DNA of 64,000 bases from Azolla caroliniana (lineage: Eukaryota > Plantae > Polypodiophyta): the NCBI GenBank assembly GCA_043228905.1, contig JBHGNT010000008.1, positions 5,208,001 through 5,272,000 of the forward strand, read 5' to 3'. The first letter of the stretch is position 1. Each line of letters starts with the position of its first letter. The notes beneath the pieces were generated by a model that saw nothing but the letters and a program-made list of their open reading frames with translations, was not told where the DNA came from and searched no databases. This document shows, one piece after another, positions 10,852 through 23,806 of this stretch. A program made the translations under genes and the position numbers.

Positions 10852-13800
10852 TGGGTTTAGGGTTTAGGGTTCACGCAAGTGGACCCATGTTGTGCTTGGG
10901 CGAAAGACAGGCCGCAAGAGGCCACTAGGGTGTTGTAGGAGATTAGGCATCAACATGAGCAATTCCTCTTTAGAAAGTCGACAGCATGGTGGGTTGTCAA
11001 GGGAGATAAAGTTAACAGGGAGTTTTTTCTTCCCAAGGCTACGAAACAGAGAGGAACGCACATTCAAAGTCTCAAATGGGAGGATGATTCGATAACGTCT
11101 AATCAAGAGGAAATCTTGCAAATTGCGACTAATTATTATAGAGACCTTTTAGCTCCAACGTTGACAAACGACCCTCCGAGTAACCTGATGCATGATGTAC
11201 TTGCATGCTTGAAGACCAGGATTGGAGAGGCAGCTAAAACGCAGTTGTCAAAAGTAATAGAGAAGGAAGAGATTGTAGCGGGGCTAGACAAGATACATAG
11301 TATGGCTTGTCTTGGTGCTGACGACCTTCCCAAAGCCTTCTTCAAGGAGTTTTGGGAGCAAATTTTTCCAAGCTTGGAAGCTAGATTGCAGGAGATGTGG
11401 AGAATGGGAAGGATGCCGAGCAGCTTCAATGAAGGCTTGATTTACCTGATTCCTAAATCGGAGACTGTGTTGTACAAGATTAGACAATGGAGGCCTATTA
11501 CAATTTTAAATCTAATTTATAAAAAAATTGCTAACATACTAGTGCAGAGAATCAAGCCTTTTCTAGAAGATATCATCCAGACCAATCAAACCGGTTTCAT
11601 GGAGCATCGATCTATCATGGACAATGTGAGATTGTTTTGGGAGGTTGTTGCAACGGCGAGGGAGACCAATCAAAACTTAGCCCGTCTGATGCTCAACTTT
11701 GAGAAAGTCTATGATCAAGTGCAATGGTCCTTCCTTGAAGAAGTGATGAAGGTCATTGAGCTACCATGGGAATGGAGATGTGCTGCCCAAGCCTTATATA
11801 GGAATGGCTCGAGTAAGGTGTTGATTGCAGGGAGGAAAGGAGCTTGAATCTCTCTAACTAGATCCATCATACAAGGTTGTCCTCTCACCCCCTTTCTGTT
11901 CCTCTTTATTACTGAAGCAATGCCTGCCTTTTTTAATAGTCAGGGGGCAAATCTACATGGTCTTTCGATCCCTAACTCAAGGAAGTCCCTGCTAGACTTG
12001 GAGTTTGCGGACGATACGATGGTGTACCTCCAAGGAAATGACGCAAATCTGGAGAGGGCACAGAGTGCTATCGATCTCTTTTGCAAAGGATCAGGAGCCT
12101 CCATCAATTGGAAGAAGTCCAAGTGTTTCTGGATTAGCTTGGAGTCAGAGCCTGTATGGAAGCCAAATGTTGAATTCAAATGGATTGTAAAAGGGGAAGA
12201 CACGAGATATCTGGGAACGTGGATTGGTGTAGATATCGACAAAGGAATTCAGTTGCAACAAATTCAAAGTAAAATTTGTGACAAAATATGCAACTTGTCA
12301 GGGATGAACTTATCATTGGCTAGCAGGATCATAGTAGGTAACCATGTGCTCTTGTCTACATTATGGCATGCAGTTTTAGTGTGGATGTTTGACAAGCAAG
12401 ATATTCGTACTGTTAAAGCGGATTCCGATGGGCTGGGATCAGGAAAGACAACGCGAAAACCAAAGTATCATGGTCTACCTTGGTTCTTCCCAAGAGTAAG
12501 GGAGATTTAGGATTGATTGACCTTGGATTGCAGAGTCAGGCATTGCAATGTAAGGTATTGGTAAGGAGCTTGCTACCCGGTAACGAGTTATGGAAAACAT
12601 TGATACATAATAGGAGCATTCTCTAGAGTCCAAGACTTGGTGGGAAATGGAAGCCACATAATCATGGTTTTTTTGTATGCACTTAAAGTTGAGGAAATCT
12701 ATTGTGGAATGAGACCTTAAAATTGTCAGAGGGAAAGATGCTTGGGCAGAGCAAGCATATGCCATGGGCTATATTGTATTGTGTAGGGATTCATTCAGTG
12801 GCATATTGGATGTGGTTGTCCGACAAAAATCGTGATTTAAATTATATGAAGATGTGGGAAAGTTCAAAAATGCTAGGAAGATGCTTGACCTAGCCAATAC
12901 AACTATCTACTTTGTTCCTATCAGTAATGGGGAAGAGGGTGAATGGTCTGGACAATGTGATGATACGTGAAAAATTATCAATGCCAAGGGTCTAGGAAAG
13001 AAGGGGAAGATAGTCCATTTGGGATCAATAGATGAAAGTGCAAGTTGGTGCCTGATTAGAATTGTGGCACGAGACGGCAAGAAATGGAAGGTGAATCCAC
13101 CAATTGATGAGGTTGAGGAGGACTAGATCTTGTACGTGGTTGAAGGCAAGCCACTTGAGTGCATAGAATGGGAGCCTGCTGATTATAAGTGGAAGGGAGA
13201 ACAAGATAAATCAATAGGTTTCTTCGAATACTCGACGCGCTTGGGGAGAAAGTTATGTTGGCATTGTGAGAAGTGTACCAACAAATGGGCCCATGTAGTT
13301 GTCGATTCAGTCTTCGTGGATAGAACCAGGAGCAGGATATGGAACTCATCCCTCCCCGAGTGGGTCAAAATGTTTTTCTAGTTAATCACCCATTGGGCTA
13401 TTCCAACGGGACAGTGGCTTGGGTAAAGAGGTGGCATGAGTAGTTGCAAGGCTTGCAATGCGAGCTTGGAGGACATAACACATTGTTTGTGGAACTACCC
13501 ACGAGCCCAAGAAGTTTGGTTGAGGAGCTTAAGAATCTTGGCTAGATTCGGGGTTGAGGTTCATGTATTGAGCGCAATAGTCACTTGGTTGGCCACTGAA
13601 TCGGCTGTGTGGTTTCAAGGGTGGAATGGAAATAGTCCTTCTTTAAAGGTGTTGCAAGGAGCTTCATTCTACATACAGGAACGCTACGAGGACATATGGT
13701 TATTAGTGGTCGGCCTTACGGTTTGGCAAGTGTGGGTGTCTAGGTGCAAGGAGACTTTCTCAGGTAAGCGAACCCCATCGACTGAGAGTTTAATGATGAT

Positions 13801-14253
13801 CTGGTTTAATCTTATTTCCACATTACGAGGAGAGTTTGAAAGCCTTCAAGGGCCCTCAAACTCAAGTGAAGAAGCTAGAGCTCGGTTCCTTCTGAAATGG
13901 AGCGGTTCTCCAATGCTGTAGATGGTGGATGGCAAAGCGAAGTGGAATTATCAACCACCACGATGGCTATTCCCTCCAAATATACCTAACATATATATGG
14001 GTGCTGCCATGAGAAGAGAGTGGAGGATGTCTATGCTGAATTCGGGTTGTATGAGGCTCACGTGGAGGGTATGCGGTCGACTAATGCTATACTCATCGAA
14101 TGATGTGGTGTTTTGGAGTTTTTTTTGTTGTTGTTGTTGTTTCCTTTACACATGTTTTCTTTTCGACATGCAAGTTGGCCTTTAAGATATGAGTTGTATA
14201 TTATCCTATGTATATTGCCTTAACTAATGGAAGTAGTTTTTTTTTTTTTTTTT
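10852..14253 (+). mobile_element. 5'-truncated, degenerate L1-clade LINE (ORF2 RT + zf-RVT) with 14-15 bp TSD
   Basis: ORF2 motifs W..GDKVNREFF, WRPITILNLIYK, NQTGFM..RSIMDN, FEKVYDQVQW, QGCPL, EFADD, RYLG, CKAC..EDITHCLW and C-terminal WNYQPPRWLFPP, broken by stops and frameshifts. TSD GAAATTATTAATAA (10838-10851) / GAAATTCTTAATAA (14254-14267). Confidence 0.92.
10853..10871 (+). repeat. Short interstitial plant telomeric tract GGG(TTTAGGG)2TT
   Basis: 19-bp perfect match to the Arabidopsis-type telomere repeat, between the upstream TSD copy and LINE coding sequence. Confidence 0.8.
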
Positions 14254-16804
14254 GAAATTCTTAATAAAGTTTGTAATAGAGAGATTTTGGTTTTCTCCTA
14301 GAGCAATTTGCATGGAGCTTTCCATGATCAATCCTTATTTCAAGGCATGAAGGATTGAATTGACTAAAATGTGTCAGAACATGATATGAGCACAAAAGTT
14401 GGCTAGCACAAAAGTGTGAAGTTTGAAAAAAAGAAAGTTTAAAGGCAAATCATTGGGAAGATTTTGGCATGAGAAGGACGTGAAGTAAAATAGAATAAAG
14501 TCATATTGCTACAACCATGTTTGCATGCAAAGACATTCAAATAGGGGTGAGGGGCTAAGAATCGACGTGAAAAGCAATATGGTATTGTCCTCTATTTAGA
14601 AATAGGAGGTAATGCTTATGTTTGGTAATAATATAGTTTCATAAAGAAGCTTATTATAAAAAGCTTAAGGAAGTCTTATAAAGAGTCCCATCACCACCTT
14701 TGATAAGGTGGATGGAGTTAACAATGCACAATTTCATACAATTTCAATAGCATGACATTAACAAGTTGGCAACACAATGAACATTATTTATTCATATGTC
14801 CCTTCTCCACCCACCTTCGACTTTGTAACCTGGTTTTGAACCTCCTCCATTCATTCATCCTTCATGCACATATCATAAACCCATCCATCCCTCACACATT
14901 CTTCTTCCTAACATTCTCAATTCTTTAAACATTCTATCACAGATTAAGATAATGTAATGTGTGCTTGATGTTATGATTAGTATTGCCATCTTCGTGATCT
15001 CAGATTACATCTTTTGGGGTCACAATATTGTTGGTTTTGCACTTGTAAGCGCTGGCGTAAGTAGGATTTTGATGTAGTTATCTATGGCATTGAGACATGG
15101 GGTTTGCAACTCACCATATTTTACATATCATTTCACATACAATGGGTAAAATATAAAGGGGTAATGAAATACTCAATAGAGAAAGGGTGTGTTTTACTCA
15201 TGAAAAAATAACATATATGTATGTGGCTTCAACGGAAACTTTCAAAATAAATGATGAATTCCAAGGTCATTACTTTAAAAAACAAATTTGTGCAAAGTTT
15301 CTCTTCAATGTGCTTTCTTGATTGATTTATTGTTAGAGTCAACTTGAAGTATTTCTTGACGCACTAATATTCTATTGCTTCATGTTTAACTATATTCATG
15401 TCACTTACTTTCACATATGCTAATCAACACACTTTTTTAACTTGGATTATATTAAGAAAAAGGTGGCTTGTACATACAAATAAGAGTTACGAACCATGAG
15501 AAAGGAGCTTGGGGTTGGTATAGTGAGAAAAACCAATGAAGTTTGTTAATCACAATTTGGATACATAAACAATTTGATTGGAGCACAAAACAAGAACCAT
15601 CACTTGTGCTACCTAGACGGAATAAAAATGAATCATATGTTTTTTCCATGTATGGTTGAATGTTTGAAAATTGACAAGAACATAATGTAGCTAGTGCCAA
15701 GAAGGAATTTAAGAATTGATCATCTACTTTAGCCATGAATGTAGTTTGATTTGTGTTTTTAGAAATATTGTCTCTATTACGAAACATTTGAGAGGGGTGT
15801 TCATTTATGAAGCATGGGTAGCTAGAGTCAATGATTGTGCCCTTGAAACATATGACATGGAATACTTCAATTTTAGTATCGTAAAATCAAAATTGATTGG
15901 AGAGATACAAGGGCATGTGAAAGTAATATATTTGTTTAGCGGAATTTAGACACCGGGACACTAGTTTTAGAAAACTATATGTTTTGTCCCACTTCATGTT
16001 TGATATGCATAAATCTATAATTCTATAAATCTAAAAAGAAACATTGAGAAACTAAATAAGCTCACAAAGCCACAAGACATTTTCTTGCTTGACAAGGGAT
16101 TGGCATACCCATTCTGAAGCAAGATGCCAATTGGGAATTCCACATATTTCTTTCATTCTTTGCTACATCATCTAATTTACCCCATCATGTCCTCCTTAAT
16201 GAATGCAACTATCCATGACTAGTATTGTAAAACTCCTATATATATATCCTTTGTTTTAAACAAATATTTGAGATTGATGGTTGATAATAGAATTGTAGAA
16301 GGGTCTTCAAGTGTATGAGTTGTTCACAAACGTTGAAATGTAGGAACGCCTTGTTGGACTAGGCAGGTCTTGAGTCAATGGGGAAGAATATATGCTTAAA
16401 GATTTCTTATTTTGTATAACTCAACTGATTGTCATGTCTATGGACACAACATTACTAGAAGCCATTAGTTAATGCTATTGTAGGATTTACTATGCATCGG
16501 ATGATCTTTGACCAAATATACTTTAAATGGTTATGACAATAATATGAACCTTAGGTTTATACAAAGGGTTTACTATCTTTGCACAATCTCTGGACTCCAC
16601 TCTTTATTATTCAAATACTCCAATTGTATTGATAGGCCAATGTGTGAGATTATTCAAGAGCATGATTGCCATATTTGTAACCACATGGGGTAAATGTAAT
16701 GATACCATTGATGTACTAAGTATAAAAACTTGGAGTAGAAGTGTATGATTGACATGGAAAGACAAAAAGTGAGAAGATAAACATATGGGCACAATGTTAG
16801 AATA

Positions 16805-19800
16805 TGTTGAGAGACAAGCTCAACATCGGCTGGATCGGCTGAAGAAGCCGAGGACCGGATCGGTTGGGACCGATCGGTTAGGCCGAGTGCGTAAACCGAT
16901 ACGCAGACCGGTGCGTAGATAGGGCCGGATCGGTGCGGAAACCGGGAGGCCGTTAGGAAAGATATTCCGTGAGGAATACATTTGGGAGTTAGTGTAGGAG
17001 CTCTCAATGAGCATTGAAGTACTGTCAGTACTTCGGTCAGTCCTTCTAGGACTTGTACAAAAGTGTTCATTGAACACACATATGTATAGAGTTGAGAATA
17101 GAGGTTGAATATAGTTCTTGTGTTTTCTCTCTCTCACTCTCTCTGTCTCTCCTGCGTATACTGCGTAAGCTCAAGCTCTCCATTAAACCTGAGTTTTCTT
17201 CCTTCTGTTCGGTCTTCATACTTGCTTCCGCACGTTATTTTTTACATGGTCTCAGAGCGCGAGGGTTGAGAACCTCTCTGCAGCCGACACAACTTGACGA
17301 AGAAGAACAAGAAGAACGATGGATAGAGGCATGTCGAGCTCGCTTCCAACAGAGAAGCTCGACAGAACCAACTACGAGTCTTGGTCCTACAAGATGCACC
17401 AGTACCTGCTCGGGCATGGCTACTGGAGTCATGTCGAAGGAGCTAATGACGCAGCACCCGAATCGACACACAGAGACTTCCCGTCGTGGGAGCAATCGGC
17501 AAGCAGGGTATTATACTGCTTCGCGTCGTGTGTGGGCGAACAGCTATTGAGCTATGTTTGGGATGCAAAGACGCCGAAGGGTGCGTGGGAAAATCTAAAG
17601 AAGATTTTCGCCGTGAGCACCATAGCCAGGAAGCTTCAGCTCCGACAGGAGTTGAGCAACCTACGACAACGCGACTTGTCGGTGGCGAACTATACCTCGA
17701 AGATCAAGGATATCTGCGACTCCCTCGCCTCGATAGAGGTGAACATCAAGGAGAGCGAGATGGTCCATATCTGTCTCGGAGGTTTGGCGTCGAAGTTCGG
17801 AGCGTTCCGAACGGCTGTGTGTACCCGGGAGAATACTCCGTCCTTTTTCGACCTACAGTCAATGCTCCTGGTAAGGGAGAACCACGCGGGTGTGTCTACA
17901 AGCACGCACACCGACAACAGAATGTTGTACACGGAGGGAGATAGGCCCCGTGGACTTGGAGGACGAGGTGAGCCGACGTGCAATGGAGGCGGCCGACGAG
18001 ATCAAGGAAGAAGGCACCGAAGTGATGCCGACAACAACTTTGGACCCTCCGGAAACAGGGGGAGTCGAAGCGATGAGAACCGGCAAGGGAAGGCCATCGC
18101 GGAGTGCTGGTACTGTGGCAAGAAAGGCCACAGGGAAAGTGAGTGCTGGAAGAAGCGCGCCGATTCGGAGAGGACCGGTTCCGGAAACGGCTTCGGACAT
18201 ACTGACAAGGGAAATCGGCAGTGATCGCACTACGCCGAAGACTCCGGGAGAGCCGGAGAAGGGTCTGCCTTCGTGACGAGACACGAAGCAAACTCAATGA
18301 AACGGACCACCCCGAGATCGGACGAGGTGTGATACGTAGACTCCGGCGCGTCAAACCACATGACGAGCCATAAGGAGTGGTTCTCGTACCTTGAAAAACC
18401 GATACAACCTGGAGTAGTCGCAACTGGAGACGACACTCCGCATCCGATCGCGAATGTCGGAGAAGTTCCCCTTAGCCATGTCGGGCAGAAAGGGAAACTC
18501 ATGAACGTGCTGCACGTTCCGACAATCACGAAGAACTTGGTCTCAGTCGGGCAAATCGTCGACCAAGGGATGGAGGTTCGGTTTACACACCTTGGGTGCT
18601 TCATTGAGGAAGAAGGCCGTGTGATTGCGCAAGGGCGCAGAGACGGGAGGATATTCATCCTCGACTCCACTGACGGCGGCACTGCAATGTTCGCGAAGGG
18701 AAGAAAAACCGAGTCGGACATCGACTTGTGGCACAAGCGGATAGGCCACGTCAACTACCAGCGGCTTCAAGATCTGCAATCAAAACAGGTAGTGTTCGGG
18801 ATTGCCCAAATTTAGTGGCCGAAAGGCACAAATTTGTGAAGCCTGCCAGCTCGGGAAGCAACACCGACTTCCTTTCCCCAACGAGCAAAACCGGAGCCGG
18901 AACAAGCTCGACCTTATACACTCCGATGTATGGGGGCCGGCACAAAACGTTAGTCTTGGCGGGAGCCGATATTTCATCTCCTTCATCGACGACCACACGC
19001 GGCACACGTGGATGGATCTAACTCATTGAGAGGAAGAGCGAAGTCTTCGACTGCTTTCGGGACCTCAAAGGGTTCGTGGAAACGGAAACGGGACGAAAGA
19101 TCAAGTGCCTGTGGTCGGATGGCGGGAAAGAGTACTTCTCCGGACAATTTAACGGTTATCTACAACAAATGGGAATTCGGTGCGAATTCAGTTGTAGATA
19201 CACCCCGGAGTAGAACGACGTGGCCGAGAGGAAGAATCGGTCAGTTGTGGAAGTGGCACGGGCAATGCTGGAGGAGAAGCGCTTGCCCAAGTTCTACTAG
19301 GCCGAGGCGGTAAGGACCGCGGTATACATCCAGAACCAGATCGGAGACAAAGTGTCGGCGCACGAGCTATATTTCGGAACGAAGCCGAACTTGCGACACT
19401 TGAGGGTGTTCGATAGCATTGCGTATGTGCATATACCGAAGGAGAAAAGGAGGAAGCTGGACGCAAAGGCTGAGAAATGCATCTTGGTCGGTTACTCAGA
19501 CGAGCAGAAGGGTTATAAGTGTTATAACCCTCGCACCAAACAAGCGCGTGTCAGCCGCGACGTTGTGTTTGACGAGTCCGCATCCTGGTACCTGCCCCCG
19601 ACTCCGAACCCTGCCCCCAATCCGAGCTCTGACAATGTGGTCAGCAAGGCCGAGATGCCTCCGGATGAGCCTGAAATTGAGACCCGCGAAGAGAGTCCGA
19701 TTTCACTCCGTTTAAGTGGACCGAGTGGATCGATTGGACGACTGAGTCGGTACGACCAGTCCGATGAAGAGCCGGCGAGTAGTGGAAACTCGGCCATGCA

Positions 19801-22616
19801 TTCCCCGTGCAGGAAGCCGAGGAGACGGCTTACGCGCAAAGAGAAAGGGAAGAAGAAGGTGTCGGATTCCGGCACGGATAAAAATGAGTTAGACCGACGC
19901 GAGTCTGACTCCGAGGGAACCGGTGACGGGACTTTAAAGGTGAAGTCCGCGTCGACCGAGAAGGACTCGACATCGGCTAATGTGAGATTACGCCGATCTA
20001 CCCACCAGAAGAATCCTGTTTTGCGGTTTGGATACAACGAGTACATGGCGCATCATTATGCGTACATGACCCGTGTGGCGGAAGTGCGTGAGCCGGAGAG
20101 CTACGTAGAAGCGGCGAAGGACACGAATTGGCGTGCCGCGATGGAGGAAGAGATGCACGCATTGGCGGAGAACAAGACTTGGGACCTGGTTGACGCACCA
20201 AAAGGGGTTAAACCGATCGGGTGTAGGTGGGTGTACAAGGTCAAGTACAACACCGATGGCTCGGTCAACCGGTACAAGGCTCGGCTAGTGGCAAAGGGCT
20301 ACCCGCAGAAACACGACATCGACTACGATGAGACGTTTGTGCCGGTCGCGAAAATGACGACTGTCCGTGTTTTACTCGCAGTAGCTGCGGTGAAGGGGTG
20401 GCACTTACATCAGGTGGATGTAAAGAATGCGTTCCTGCAAGGTGACCTTGAGGAACAGGTGTACATGGTACAACCCCCCGGATTTCATTCTGGAACGAAC
20501 TCCTCGGCAATATGCCGACTGAAGAAGTCCCTTTACGGACTGAAGCAAGCCCCGCGTGTCTGGAACACGAAGATCACGCAACAACTGTGTCGGATGGGCT
20601 TCGTCACGTCAGAATCAGACTCTTCCCTATTCATCTGGTAAGGTCGACTCGGACCGGTTAGTATTTTACTATATGTTGATGACTTGGTCATCACCGGCGC
20701 CGACCTCGGTGAAATCGACCGCGTGAAGCTCCAACTTGCGGCATCGTTCGACATGAAGGATCTGGGGGACCTTCATTATTTCCTCGGGATCGAAGTGATC
20801 CGTACCCCCGAAGGCATATTGATCAGCCAACGTCATTACGTGCTGAGTATGCTCTTCAAATTCGGGATGGCTGACTGTAAGTCCGTCTCGACTCCCCTGG
20901 ACAGAACCGTCAAGCTTCGTCCCAATACGGGAAAGGTATGTGACCCGACGAGGTTCCGACAAATTGTCGGAAGCCTCATATACTTGACCATCACCCGAAC
21001 CGACCTCAAATATCCGGTCGGAGTGATCAGTCAGTTCATGGCGCGACCTACCGAGGAGCACCTTCACTGTGCGCAACGCATACTTCGGTATGTCAATGGC
21101 ACTAAGGACCGGGGACTGCTATATCGAACCGGTGCAGCCGCGCAGTTAGCCGGCTACACCGATGCTGATTGGGCTGGCAACGCCGCCGATCGCCGATCCA
21201 CGTCCGGATACGCGTTCTCCCTCGGGAGTGCCGCGATCGCGTGGAGCAGTAAGAAGCAGCCGACAGTTGCACTGTCGAGCACCGAAGCTGAGTACCGAGG
21301 AGCAGCTGTTGCGACATGCGAAGCCATATGGTTGAAGCGGCTACTTAAGGACCTGCAAGAGGAGGTGTCAGATCCGACGACGATCTACTGCGACAACCTC
21401 AGCAGCATCCAGCTCGCGAAAAACCCCGTTTTCCACGCACGGACCAAGCACATTGAGGTGCACTACTATTTCGTCTGTGAGCGTGTCCTTTCCGGTGAAG
21501 TCGAACTTCAGTACGTTCCGACGGATCGGCAGACTGCCGACATCTTCACTAAGCCCCTTGGTCTGGACAAGTTGCGGCAATTCTCCGGTGCGCTCGGATT
21601 GCGTCACCTCGACGTGCCAAACTTGAGGGGGAGAACAGTCCCGAACGACCAAGCAAAGCAGCAGGAAAGGAGCGGAGGCCGCGACATCGAGTCGGTTGAC
21701 TCGCTTGTTGACTTGGTTGTCGAGTTCGACTTCGGATCGACTGAAGAAGCCGAGGGTAGACCCGCGGAAAAGTCTGAAAGCGGACGGAAGGGGAGCAGCC
21801 GAAGGAGAGAGCCGAAGCCAACCACGCATGGGGAAGATGACGCCATCGAGGGCGAGAAGACCGAAGACGAGTTGGAGACAACCAACTCGGACGAGAGCGA
21901 AAACCGATTGGAGGTAGTCGAGTCGGTTCGGATGTTTGATTCAGATACGCTGAATCAACCGAGGCCCAAGCGGAAGAAAAGGCAGCAGGAGAAGCGTCAA
22001 CATCGCAACAACAGAAGAGCTGATAAGGGCCACGTGAGCAGACAAGCCGATCGGAAGGGTCGAAGCGTGCGGAGTCGAACAGGTCGAGGAGCGCGAGCGA
22101 GGCTTGAACCCAGGAGGAACCGGAGCTGTGAGCCCAAAGATCCCGAAGAGCCTCAAGTTGAGGTTGAGGGGGAGTGTTGAGAGACAAGCTCAACATCGGC
22201 CGGATCGGCTGAAGAAGCCAAGGACCGGATCGGTTGGGACCGATCGGTTAGGCTGAGTGCGTAAACCGATACGCAGACCGATGCGTAGGTAGGGCCGGAT
22301 CGGTGCGGAAACCGGGAGGCCGTTAGGAAAGATATTCCGTGAGGAATACATTTGGGAGTTAGTGTAGGAGCTCTCAATGAGCATTGAAGTACTGTCAGTA
22401 CTTCGGTCAATCCTTCTAGGACTTGTACAAAAGTGTTCATTGAACACACATATGTATAGAGTTGAGAATAGAGGTTGAATATAGTTCTTGTGTTTTCTCT
22501 CTCTCACTCTCTCTGTCTCTCCCGCGTATACTGCGTAAGCTCAAGCTCTCCATTAAACCTGAGTTTTCTTCCTTCTGTTCGGTCTTCATACTTGCTTCCG
22601 CACGTTATTTTTTACA
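16805..22616 (+). mobile_element. Full-length Ty1/copia LTR retrotransposon (element A)
   Basis: 442-bp TG..CA LTRs at 16805-17246 and 22175-22616 with 7 differences, all transitions. TSD GAATA (16800-16804 / 22617-22621). PBS TGGTCTCAGAGC at 17247-17258 (one mismatch to tRNA-iMet). PPT GAGGGGGAG at 22166-22174. Domain order gag-PR-INT-RT-RH. Confidence 0.98.
17319..22180 (+). pseudogene. Disrupted gag-pol of copia element A
   Basis: Gag with CWYCGKKGHRESEC, protease YVDSGASNHMT, GAG-pre-integrase WHKRIGH, integrase [22 protein letters not shown] and RNase H TKHIEVHYYF. Several nonsense codons and frameshifts near 18800 and 19010. Confidence 0.93.
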
Positions 22617-22929
22617 GAATACAAGTTCATATTAGATGGATAATATTATAAGGCATTTGAAATGTGAGGGAACTCTTATGAGTTGATGTAGATTGCTACC
22701 CCATTGATACTTACAATTGTGTGTTCTCGAACAATATTTTGGAAAGAATGTTATACCACACCCAAATATATTGATCTTGGATCTCCATACTCTTCATCTT
22801 TTGTTGGAGCACTCATTTCTTGTTGATCTCTAAACACCTTTGACAAGTATCCTTAGGTTCCCACAATAATTGTCACGATGTCGGCTACAACTAAGGTATG
22901 GTCAAGTAATAGTATTCCTATGCATGTAG

Positions 22930-23767
22930 TATTGGTGTTTCTGAAATGATTGTGGGCTCTATAGATTCCACGCAAAATCATTACATTTAGATGGTGATGT
23001 GTCAATTATGCACTTCCAGTCTTGGAATGGATGCATATGGATGAGGGAATCAAAACTTGCTCTTTTTGTGGGTTTCTTCTGGAATCAATGTAACATACAG
23101 ATTATGGAATCTGTATGGCCGCATGTTCTGTTTGGAAACGTATGCTGCGCCTCATTGATGTTGCGTATGGACCTAATGTGATTACATGGGAAAATGTCTT
23201 TTGGATGGATGTAAATGTGGATAAGCATAATTATGAAAGGGAAAAAATATTATTTACCCTTCAAACTAGGGGAAGGTAAGTTAAGGGCGTACCGTATTTA
23301 CGCTCAAATCAGTTGAATGTAGATGCCACAATATGGGCTATGATATCATCAGTGATTTTGTGGAATATATGGATAGTTAGATGCAAAAATGTGTTTCAAC
23401 AAATAAAGCAAAATCATGTTCATTGTGTGAAGGAAAGTTGGTCGATGCTTATTTCAAGTTTAAAAGGTCAATATGACTCCTTCACTAGTAATGAATATAC
23501 CATTTTTCTTAAACAACGGTCCTTTAAAGGCAAGTGGAAGGATTTGTTCGTCTTTGTGGAGAGAAATGACAAAATGATTTGGCAATATCTACCCCCTCGA
23601 TGGTTGTTTCCTCCATATGTGGAGTTTGTTTTATTACCTTATGACATTGTGGGGGATATAACATTTTTTCTTTGCTATCTTAACCTCCCCTAGATTGTAT
23701 GCTTTGTATATACTTATTGGATTAGTAATGGAAACTAAGGTGTAGTTTTGAAAAATAAAAATAAAAA
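22930..23767 (+). mobile_element. Old 3' fragment of an L1-clade LINE related to the 10852-14253 element
   Basis: zf-RVT-like remnants, C-terminal WQYLPPRWLFPP, 3' end TAATGGAA..GTAGTTTTG followed by an A-rich tail. 5' boundary is approximate. Confidence 0.8.
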
Positions 23768-23806
23768 GGGTCAAGATAAGACCCTTCGCAAATGAACTAT
23801 CTTGGT

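Noticed and set aside
21630-22180. Pol extension as an env-like gene
   Set aside because: No signal peptide or transmembrane segment; fully hydrophilic and fused in frame to RNase H.
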